This document shows positions 7,914 to 14,705 of a stretch of 15,400 bases of DNA, in pieces. Numbering within the stretch: position 1 is the stretch's first letter; every line of letters starts with the position of its first letter. This DNA comes from an uncultured bacterium (GTDB lineage Bacteria > Schekmanbacteria > GWA2-38-11 > J061). The stretch covers positions 9,165 through 24,564 of the forward strand of contig CAZJVM010000038.1 in the NCBI GenBank assembly GCA_964549305.1, read 5' to 3'. Below the pieces are notes generated by a model. It did not search any database and had not been told where the DNA came from. It saw only the letters and a list, made by a program, of their open reading frames with translations. The position numbers and the translations under genes were made by a program.

Positions 7914-9394
7914 TCGTCCAAAGGATTATAAGACAGTTCAAGACGAAAATAACTTCCCGCAATACGCTCAGAACTCATGCACGCTATTTTTCTCATTAAA
8001 CTCTCATTTTTTCGGATAATTTTTTCAATATTATATAAAAAAGTTGGATATGACGTGATAACTGAAGAGGGTCGCTCGTTCAAAAGATATTTTACAAAAT
8101 TTTCTTCCGAATAAGGATATATCTTTCTGAGAGAAAAAATCTTGTAATCGGGATATCCAAGAATCCAATCGGCGTTTCTCCAGGACATTCCGGCACGAAG
8201 GGCAATATTAGGATCACCTCCTCTGCATTTGCCGAACAAAATTTTCTCATTTTTCAAGCCATTATCATCAATCCATTTCACAATCCTCTTTCCCTCATCT
8301 TCAAAAACAGGAAAAATAACCTGAGTTCCATAATTTATTACGGAAAATGTCGTCACTAAATAGGCGGCAATTGTAAGTAAAGCAAGAATCCTCTCTGATT
8401 TGATTATACTCAGAAAAACTTTAAACCCGTCATAAAAATATGGAATCAGAAAAAGAGAGGAAAGAAGCGTGTATCTTGGTTTTGGCGCGGCATTTGTGCC
8501 AAAGACAGTTATTGATACAAGAAATGATAACTGCACGAGAAAACAAATACCCGCTTCATATTTTTCCTTCGCCATAAAATTTTTAACAAGTCCCGCAAGA
8601 GAAAATAAAAGAATAAGAGGAGTGATGAATTTAAGCAGAATATAGGGATAGGCATATATTTTTTTTGCAGTTGTCCAGTAGGCAAGGTTTTCGGGGTTGA
8701 TATTCGCGCTTGCAAGAGGAAGGAAGTCTCCTGTATCAAGATAACAACCTAAAAGCCAAAAGAGGGGGAACGCCGACGCAAACAGAATGAAATAAAACGC
8801 GCCTTTCTTCAAATTCCTGAGGTAAAGAAATAATGCGAAAAAAGGTATTAAAAGCCACGATTCGATGCGCGTCATTTCCGCGAAGATAAAAAATATTATG
8901 CTCAAAAACAGAAAACGCCAAAAATGCTTTTCTTTATTAAGGGTAAGAGAAAGAAAATAAAATGACGTAAACACAAAAAGAAGAAAAGGTGCTTCCGCGA
9001 GACCAAGCACCGAGTAAACCATATGGGTAATGTAAAAGGAAAAAATAATCCCCGAGATTATGGCTGATTTTTCTCCGAAATAATTTTTCACAACAGCGCA
9101 AAAGGGAAATAGTGTTAAAACTCCTGCAAAGAGACTGAGAATTCTGGGAGTCACTAAAGGGTTGTTCCATATCCAAAGGAATAAAGCCGTAAGATAATAA
9201 TTCATCGGAAGCCAAACACCGCCTGTAATGAAGTGGGGTGAATCCATCCATCTGTAAGTTTCATAGACTCTTACGGCGCCATCGCCTTCAACATTATCAG
9301 TAAGCAAAAAAACTATTATCCTCAAGGTGACGCAAAGTAATGCGACCAACGCGATTTTTAGTCTGTAATCATTTGTAGTAGTTTCTCTACTCAT
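7910..9394 (-). CDS. GT-C fold polytopic glycosyltransferase (GT39/PMT/ArnT-like)
   Basis: 494 aa, roughly 11-13 hydrophobic segments. Acidic first loop (DNVEGDG); WLP, AEAPF, RIESW and PRY motifs; soluble C-terminal domain. GAGAAGGT upstream of the ATG. Confidence 0.85.
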   Translation of the reverse strand: MSRETTTNDYRLKIALVALLCVTLRIIVFLLTDNVEGDGAVRVYETYRWMDSPHFITGGVWLPMNYYLTALFLWIWNNPLVTPRILSLFAGVLTLFPFCAVVKNYFGEKSAIISGIIFSFYITHMVYSVLGLAEAPFLLFVFTSFYFLSLTLNKEKHFWRFLFLSIIFFIFAEMTRIESWLLIPFFALFLYLRNLKKGAFYFILFASAFPLFWLLGCYLDTGDFLPLASANINPENLAYWTTAKKIYAYPYILLKFITPLILLFSLAGLVKNFMAKEKYEAGICFLVQLSFLVSITVFGTNAAPKPRYTLLSSLFLIPYFYDGFKVFLSIIKSERILALLTIAAYLVTTFSVINYGTQVIFPVFEDEGKRIVKWIDDNGLKNEKILFGKCRGGDPNIALRAGMSWRNADWILGYPDYKIFSLRKIYPYSEENFVKYLLNERPSSVITSYPTFLYNIEKIIRKNESLMRKIACMSSERIAGSYFRLELSYNPLDE

Positions 9395-9403
9395 TACCTT
9401 CTC

Positions 9404-9432
9404 TTGACAGTGACATTATGCTCTGTTATTTG
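9404..9432 (+). promoter_or_regulatory. Candidate sigma-70 promoter for the ROK kinase
   Basis: TTGACA (9404-9409), 17-nt spacer, TATTTG (9427-9432) with an extended TG at 9424-9425. The -10 is imperfect. Confidence 0.35.
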
Positions 9433-9464
9433 AATAAATCAGGGCTTTCTTATTTCCTTCATCG

Positions 9465-9494
9465 ATTATATTTTTTAATTATGAAAAACCGCAA
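9465..9494 (-). promoter_or_regulatory. Candidate sigma-70 promoter for the glycosylation cluster
   Basis: TTGCGG (9494-9489), 18-nt spacer, perfect TATAAT (9470-9465). Confidence 0.35.
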
Positions 9495-10464
9495 CTTAAA
9501 AAAGAATTCAATAGCAGCGGCAATAGATTACGGAGGCACTAAAATTCTTGCCGGCTTAATCGATATAAAGGGCAAAATAATTTCTAAAAGGCGCATCGAA
9601 ACCCCCAAAGACCTAAGAAAAAAAAATCTCGTCAGCCAAGCGGCAAAACTTCTTGAAGAAATGTGCGCCGAATTATCTCTGAATATACGCGACACAACCG
9701 GATTAGGCATATCCCTGCCCGGAATGGTTGACCGCGAAGGCAAACAGCTCATTTACGCTCCAAACTGGAAGATAAGGAATTTCTACATCAAAAGAGACTT
9801 CGAAAAACTTTTCAACATTAAAACATTCATCGCTAACGACATCAATGCCGCGGCAGTTGCCGAATTGATGCTCGGGCACGGCAAAAAAGACGACTCTTTT
9901 TTCTGGATTACAATAAGCACGGGAATCGGAGGTGCCCTTGTCATAAACGGAAAACCGGTAACAGGAAAAAGCGGGCTTGCGGGAGAAATCGGGCACATAA
10001 AAATCAGCGGAAGCAGACTGAAATGCGGTTGCGGCAAAAAGGGATGCCTCGAGGCAATTGCAAGTGGACCCGCAATCCTGAAAAGGACTAAAAACAGAAT
10101 CAAATCCCCCGCATTTCGAAAAGCGACTTCTTTGCACGCCGGCAATCTTTCCACAGAAGCAATAATCAAGGCGGCAAACAACAAAGATAAAGGCGCGGGC
10201 CTGATTATCGATGAAAGCGCATCGGCAGTCGCGAGGGCGCTTTCCTACGTAATCAATATTCTCGATATGGAAACGATAGTAATCGGCGGAGGAGTTATGA
10301 CGGATAACGCGCTTATGTTTCGCCTCATAAAAAAATACATCAATGAATATACATACGAAGAGAAGTTAAGAAAGATAAAACTTTTGAAACCGGTATTTCG
10401 CTATGATTCCTGTCTCATAGGCGCGGCATCACTTGTATTTTTCAATAAAATGCACACTCTTTAG
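9481..10464 (+). CDS. ROK family sugar kinase (glucokinase-like)
   Basis: IDYGGTK, GISLPG, ANDINAAA, GTGIGG-like STGIGG, AGEIGH, Zn motif CGCGKKGCLE, IVIGGGV. No N-terminal HTH. ATG 9481 is preferred over 9418 because the ROK domain begins about 12 residues after it. Confidence 0.93.
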   Translation: MKNRNLKKNSIAAAIDYGGTKILAGLIDIKGKIISKRRIETPKDLRKKNLVSQAAKLLEEMCAELSLNIRDTTGLGISLPGMVDREGKQLIYAPNWKIRNFYIKRDFEKLFNIKTFIANDINAAAVAELMLGHGKKDDSFFWITISTGIGGALVINGKPVTGKSGLAGEIGHIKISGSRLKCGCGKKGCLEAIASGPAILKRTKNRIKSPAFRKATSLHAGNLSTEAIIKAANNKDKGAGLIIDESASAVARALSYVINILDMETIVIGGGVMTDNALMFRLIKKYINEYTYEEKLRKIKLLKPVFRYDSCLIGAASLVFFNKMHTL

Positions 10465-10649
10465 CTTTCGGTGATGGCATCACAGGGGCAGGAATTCACG
10501 CAGTCAAGGCAATAGGTGCAATTGTCGCCGTTAATTTTAATTTTTTCCTCGATGAGGCGCACCGCGTTATACTTGCAAACATCAATACAGCTCAAACACA
10601 AAACGCATTTTGATTCATTAAAGAGCGGTTCTTTTTTGTTATTACTCAC
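10461..10649 (-). CDS. 2[4Fe-4S] ferredoxin
   Basis: CVLCLSCIDVC and CTYCLDCVNSCP. The GTG start overlaps the upstream TGA (GTGA at 10649-10646); GAGGGGG SD. Confidence 0.93.
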   Translation of the reverse strand: MSNNKKEPLFNESKCVLCLSCIDVCKYNAVRLIEEKIKINGDNCTYCLDCVNSCPCDAITES

Positions 10650-11986
10650 AATTCCCCCTCGACTGCTCTCTGTTTCAACATTGACATCAGCATCTTTACC
10701 TTTTGTGATTTTATCTCGTCAACATTTATCTCAAGAAGGCGCGCGTTCATATTTTTAATAAATTCATTTGGTGTGCCAAATTCGTCATCACATCCTTCGA
10801 GATGCTCGATAACAATCTCTTCGCTAAAATAGGAAAAAAGCTCATTCAACTCATCCTCTTCGAGGGAGTGCATAAATGTGGAAAACTCATATTGACGTTT
10901 CGCGTTAACTACGAATTTTCCCCACCAATCATTATATTCCTTTATCTTTTCATCGCTTCTCTTTCCCGTAAGGATTGCTTCGATAGTTTCGGATGCCTTT
11001 GCGGCAACTGCCATTGCGCCTGTCCATTGCGTTTCAATTGTAAATGCCGTATCCCCGAGAAAAGACACTCCTTCAACAGAGAAAACTTCGGCAATGGGAG
11101 AGTTCACGGGAAGATAATATCCGAATCCGTCGCCCGGCGAAGCCTTTTGAAATGCAGGCGCGCAGGCATCGTAATTGCTTAAAAAAGAGAGAAAATTATT
11201 GAATATGCCTACGGGACTTCCCGAAGAATGGTCGCGCATCGCCGTATCCTGCGCCACGGCAATTACATACATTTCACCATCTCCGAGATAAGCGGTTATG
11301 GCAAGAGTGTTAGGCCCCGAAAATTTTTTGTTGAGATACATATTATGAAACTGCGGGTTAAAAAATATATCCTTTCCTGTCTGCGATATATCGAAGTCTC
11401 TGAGACGTTGTCCCACTATGCGATGCACTCCCCACAATTCCCGATTTACATGGGCATAACCTGAAAGTTTAGACCTTATGCCGTCTGCCGCGACAATGTG
11501 ACGCGCAAGGACTTCCGACGAATTACCCTGTTTGTCTTCAATGGTAATCCCCGTAATTCTTTTGTTTGAAATAAAACCTGTCATTTCCTTCCCGTAATGA
11601 ATCACAGCACCGCTTTCCAATGCCTCTTTTTCAAGTTTCTCAATCCACGCCTTGTAATCGATTCTGTAGTTAGTGGGATGTATCGACCTTAAAACAAGGG
11701 AATGTTTGCCCGGTGAATATGTGGCAAAACCGTAAATACTGTTTTTAATATGCTCTCTGCCTATGCTGAATCCGCTTTCCGTAAAATGAATATTTTCCGA
11801 ATCCTCGGTGATTTTATTCGGTTGCAGAGAAAGCATTTCCATTATTCCGGGATTGAAAAAAACAGCACGCGGTTTCCGGTCGTAAACGACAACAGAAAAT
11901 CCCATATCAGAGAGTTTCCTTGCCGCCATTAATCCGCAGGGACCGGCACCTACTATGGCTACATCAAGAAGATTTTTTCTACTCAT
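10646..11986 (-). CDS. FAD-dependent oxidoreductase, geranylgeranyl reductase/FixC family
   Basis: VAIVGAGPCG (GxGxxG), VVVYDRK, IVAADG, FLGDTA; helical C-terminus (EYNDWW); coupled to a ferredoxin gene. Confidence 0.85.
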   Translation of the reverse strand: MSRKNLLDVAIVGAGPCGLMAARKLSDMGFSVVVYDRKPRAVFFNPGIMEMLSLQPNKITEDSENIHFTESGFSIGREHIKNSIYGFATYSPGKHSLVLRSIHPTNYRIDYKAWIEKLEKEALESGAVIHYGKEMTGFISNKRITGITIEDKQGNSSEVLARHIVAADGIRSKLSGYAHVNRELWGVHRIVGQRLRDFDISQTGKDIFFNPQFHNMYLNKKFSGPNTLAITAYLGDGEMYVIAVAQDTAMRDHSSGSPVGIFNNFLSFLSNYDACAPAFQKASPGDGFGYYLPVNSPIAEVFSVEGVSFLGDTAFTIETQWTGAMAVAAKASETIEAILTGKRSDEKIKEYNDWWGKFVVNAKRQYEFSTFMHSLEEDELNELFSYFSEEIVIEHLEGCDDEFGTPNEFIKNMNARLLEINVDEIKSQKVKMLMSMLKQRAVEGEL

Positions 11987-12181
11987 AGTTTTAAAAGAAT
12001 GATTACAAATTTTTATTTACCTTATACAAATTTGAAGCATTAAAGCAAATAATCTTGATCGAATTGATGAAAAAGGAATGGGTTAATTGTCAGAATCAAA
12101 AGTTATTGGAATGGGCAAAAACAGAAAAAGTGATGATTGTTACTTCAGTGGGCAACAGACATTTTGATTTTTAAAAATATT

Positions 12182-12487
12182 TTAACCGGTCTTTTTGTAA
12201 ATCTGCCCCGGTTTCAAAAGCCTGAAATCACTGCCTTCTTCCCTTTTTACCTCTTTGTAAACTTCGCAAACCATGCAGGAAATCTGTTTCTGGGCAAAGG
12301 AACCTTGCACCTTACCACCGCAGAAAGTGCCTGTGACCGCCCAACATATGCGACCGCCGTTTTTGCCGCTGTTAATCCCGTCGCTTGTATAGTCAGTTGT
12401 CGCGGGACATACGCCAAGAGAAACAGCATTTACTCCGCCATCTTCTCTGCCACACTTTTTGACTTCCCAGCAGTTTTTCTTTACCAT
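12182..12487 (-). CDS. Small Cys-rich two-CW domain protein (function unknown)
   Basis: NCWEVKKC..CPA..GGRICWAVTGTFCGGKVQG..CMVCEVY: 7 Cys with two CW dipeptides. GGAGGT SD at 12499-12494. Confidence 0.85.
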   Translation of the reverse strand: MVKKNCWEVKKCGREDGGVNAVSLGVCPATTDYTSDGINSGKNGGRICWAVTGTFCGGKVQGSFAQKQISCMVCEVYKEVKREEGSDFRLLKPGQIYKKTG

Positions 12488-12552
12488 AGTCGAACCTCCA
12501 TAATTTTTGTTCGAAGATTTATAATCGAATTATAGCGAAATGAACTTAACAT
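12481..12552 (-). CDS. Candidate 23-aa leader ORF (MLSSFRYNSIINLRTKIMEVRLW*)
   Basis: AGGAGGT at 12569-12563, 10 nt before the ATG at 12552. The ORF end (TAA 12483-12481) overlaps the two-CW start by 7 nt. Confidence 0.45.
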   Translation of the reverse strand: MLSSFRYNSIINLRTKIMEVRLW

Positions 12553-12621
12553 TTAATAATTTACCTCCTGTGAAATATATCTTCTCAGGGGATAAATTGC
12601 TCTTTTTACGAATTTCAATAC

Positions 12622-12702
12622 TTATAATCTATTTTCTTTTGCAGGAATTACAGTAATCTCCACCCTTCTGTTTAACTGCCTGCCACGTGTGTTTTTAAAG
12701 TG
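12622..12702 (-). pseudogene. C-terminal remnant of an OmpA/MotB-family peptidoglycan-binding domain
   Basis: Frame reads *HFKNTRGRQLNRRVEITVIPAKENRL*. GRQLNRRVEI matches the OmpA-C signature GRxxNRRVEI. An in-frame TGA lies at 12705-12703 and there is no start codon before the motif. Confidence 0.7.
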
Positions 12703-12936
12703 TCAATCCGCGTCTACTGCGCGTTCAATTCGCCGCGTGCTTTTTGCAACTCTTCCCTTACTGATTTAAATTAAAAACACTTTCAGACAATAATAATTTT
12801 TTCCAAAAAAGAGAGATTTTTTAATAGTTGAACCTCATATATAATATAATGAAAATATCAGAATATATAAAAATGGACATTACATAATCAATATTCAATG
12901 ACGAGATAAAAATAGTTTAACAATAAGGAGCATACA

Positions 12937-13464
12937 ATGATAAAAAACTTTTTTGACCTTCTTCTGTCATTTACAAAAATTGGCATATTGGGATTTGGCG
13001 GTGGCCCGGTATTCATTCCTTTGATTCAGGAAGAAGTTGTCCATCAGCACAATTGGCTTACGGAAAAAGAATTTATCGATGCTCTTGCCATAGGAAATAC
13101 TCTTCCGGGACCAATTGCCACGAAGTTGTCAACCTATGTGGGATATAAAATAGGAGGCATTCCGGGAGTAATCGCGGGACTGATTGGCACGGTACTTCCC
13201 TCGCTTATCATAATGATCATTATTACGGCTGTCTTCTGGGAATTCAAAGATCTGAAAAGCGTAAAGGGTATGCTCGGAGGAATCAGGCCCGCCGTTGTAG
13301 GCATGCTCGCAGCCGTTTCGTTCAATCTTTTCAAACCCAGCGTAACTAACATCTCCGAAGGAATAATCGCGGTGTGCTGCTTTCTGCTTATGGTTGTGTT
13401 AAAAATTAATCCGGCTCTTATTATGCTTTTAAGCGCGGTAACGGGAATAGCGCTCTTCAGATAG
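12937..13464 (+). CDS. chrA: Short-chain chromate ion transporter (CHR family, single domain)
   Basis: FTKIGILGFGGG, WLTEKEFIDALAIGNTLPGPIA, YVGYKIGG, LPS and GIRPAVVG motifs; TAAGGAG SD at 12924-12930. Confidence 0.92.
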   Translation: MIKNFFDLLLSFTKIGILGFGGGPVFIPLIQEEVVHQHNWLTEKEFIDALAIGNTLPGPIATKLSTYVGYKIGGIPGVIAGLIGTVLPSLIIMIIITAVFWEFKDLKSVKGMLGGIRPAVVGMLAAVSFNLFKPSVTNISEGIIAVCCFLLMVVLKINPALIMLLSAVTGIALFR

Positions 13465-13484
13465 GAAACAGGGCTTTAAAATAT

Positions 13485-14387
13485 TTAAAACCTTATCGTT
13501 ATAACGGGAATGTGAGACGCGCGAATAACTCTTTCTGCAACAGACCCTATGACAACATGGGCAATTCCGCTTCGTCCGTGAGTCCCCATTATTATCAAGT
13601 TACTTGCCATTTCGTCCGCCAAACCCAGTATTGCCTCGTATGGTTCGCCCCTTACGACAAATGTTTTCTTCCTGCATTTATTATCTGATGAAGTCTTTAC
13701 CACTGAATCGAGCTTTCCCTTTATTTCTTTATCTATCCTCTCCAATACATTCTCTTCAGAATAGTTTTCGCTTAAATAATAGGGATAATATGTTATTGGC
13801 TGATTCACATAGACGAGGTCTATTTCAGCATCGTAGAAAGACGCGATTCTTTCGGCAAGTTCGAATGATTTTTCGGAAAGCTCTGAAAAGTCATATGGAA
13901 CGAGAATTTTCTTAATGCTCAAAGATTCGGAGGAAATGATGTTGTCAGTTTTCAATGTAACTACGGGAATCCTCGAATTTCTTATAATCTTCTCCGTGAC
14001 GCTTCCCAAAAGCAGATGAGTCAATCCTTTTCGTCCGTGGGTACCCATAATAATCAAATCAGCGCCTTCGTCATCTATTAAAGAAACTATCTCAGATGGC
14101 GGATATCCGCGCCTGATTACTATTTTAATATCAATTTCTTTTTCTATTTCCGAAATATAATCCGCACTGATTTTGTCTTCCAAGTCAGATTTCAAATCCG
14201 CAACAGTGGAGGGACTAAAATATTCCGAAGAATAAACCGGATCAGTTAACTGCGGTTCGGATATTATGTGTGCAAGTATTATACTGGCATCTCTGTCTTT
14301 CGCGAAAAAACCTGCAAGTTTAAAGGCATTTATCGAACCGTCTGAAAAATCTACGGGAACAAGTATTCTTTTAAATTTTTCTTCCAT
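13485..14387 (-). CDS. Universal stress protein with two tandem USP domains
   Basis: KRILVPVDFS and KKILVPYDFS. Both domains carry the ATP-binding motif G-2x-G-9x-GS (GTHGRKGLTHLLLGSVTE; GTHGRSGIAHVVIGSVAE). GGAGGA SD (14400-14395) spacing favours ATG 14387 over GTG 14390. Confidence 0.95.
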   Translation of the reverse strand: MEEKFKRILVPVDFSDGSINAFKLAGFFAKDRDASIILAHIISEPQLTDPVYSSEYFSPSTVADLKSDLEDKISADYISEIEKEIDIKIVIRRGYPPSEIVSLIDDEGADLIIMGTHGRKGLTHLLLGSVTEKIIRNSRIPVVTLKTDNIISSESLSIKKILVPYDFSELSEKSFELAERIASFYDAEIDLVYVNQPITYYPYYLSENYSEENVLERIDKEIKGKLDSVVKTSSDNKCRKKTFVVRGEPYEAILGLADEMASNLIIMGTHGRSGIAHVVIGSVAERVIRASHIPVITIRF

Positions 14388-14438
14388 CACTGATTCCTCC
14401 CATCATAGATTATTTTACTTCAACATTCCCATATACAA

Positions 14439-14467
14439 ATATTAAATATTTTCATCATTACTTTCAA
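14439..14467 (-). promoter_or_regulatory. Candidate sigma-70 promoter for the USP gene
   Basis: TTGAAA (14467-14462), 17-nt spacer, TAATAT (14444-14439). The AT-rich background lowers specificity. Confidence 0.3.
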
Positions 14468-14634
14468 GATTACAAAGGGAAAAAATATTATTAAAATATA
14501 TTACCGCATAATGTCCTTAAAAATCCGACGCTTAAATCGCTATTTTTTTAACATCTTTTTTATTTTGTCATTTGTGAGATTTGTTTTTTGTATTTCGTTA
14601 ATATTTTGACTGTTTTGATTGTTTTTCAAACAAC

Positions 14635-14647
14635 TAACTCATTGATA
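14635..14647 (-). promoter_or_regulatory. IHF binding site
   Basis: TATCAA-TGAG-TTA is an exact match to WATCAANNNNTTR, about 30 bp upstream of the -24 element. Confidence 0.65.
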
Positions 14648-14674
14648 AACAATATTTTTAAAGAATTACAAATC

Positions 14675-14691
14675 TTGGCAAGGATTTTGCA
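14675..14691 (+). promoter_or_regulatory. Sigma-54 (RpoN) -24/-12 promoter
   Basis: TTGGCAAGGATTTTGCA: GG (14677-78), N10, GC (14689-90); near-consensus TGGCAC-N5-TTGCW. Confidence 0.8.
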
Positions 14692-14705
14692 TAGACTTCC
14701 TGAGT

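Noticed and set aside
4004-9251. Short alternative-frame and antisense ORFs within the glycosylation cluster
   Set aside because: They overlap well-supported genes and show no family signatures.
6828-9394. Calling the GT pair arnC/arnT (L-Ara4N lipid A modification)
   Set aside because: arnA/B/D/E/F are absent and the donor sugar cannot be determined from motifs.
9418-9480. N-terminal extension of the ROK ORF (start at 9418)
   Set aside because: It lies only 23 bp from the divergent gene's start, overlaps a promoter candidate, has no HTH and precedes the domain start; 9481 is preferred. It also gives no support for a ROK repressor.
9528-11932. Antisense ORFs 9528..9752, 9703..10137, 9783..10184, 10516..10758, 10802..11182, 11228..11464, 11750..11932
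   Set aside because: Shadows of the ROK, ferredoxin and reductase genes.
12137-12535. 132-aa + strand ORF and 12247..12429 - strand ORF
   Set aside because: They overlap the two-CW gene, which has a strong SD and a recognisable Cys pattern.
12703-12705. Selenocysteine or readthrough at the in-frame TGA before the OmpA relic
   Set aside because: The upstream frame closes again after 20 codons with no convincing start or SD, and the position is not a Cys-equivalent site.
12600-12790. Riboswitch (for example c-di-GMP-I) upstream of the two-CW gene
   Set aside because: I could not match the conserved motifs or build the expected stems by eye; gene remnants explain the GC-richer patch better. 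An Rfam scan would settle it.
13465-13490. Intrinsic terminator between chrA and the USP gene (TTTAAA-ATA-TTTAAA)
   Set aside because: An all-AT stem is too weak to be a terminator hairpin.
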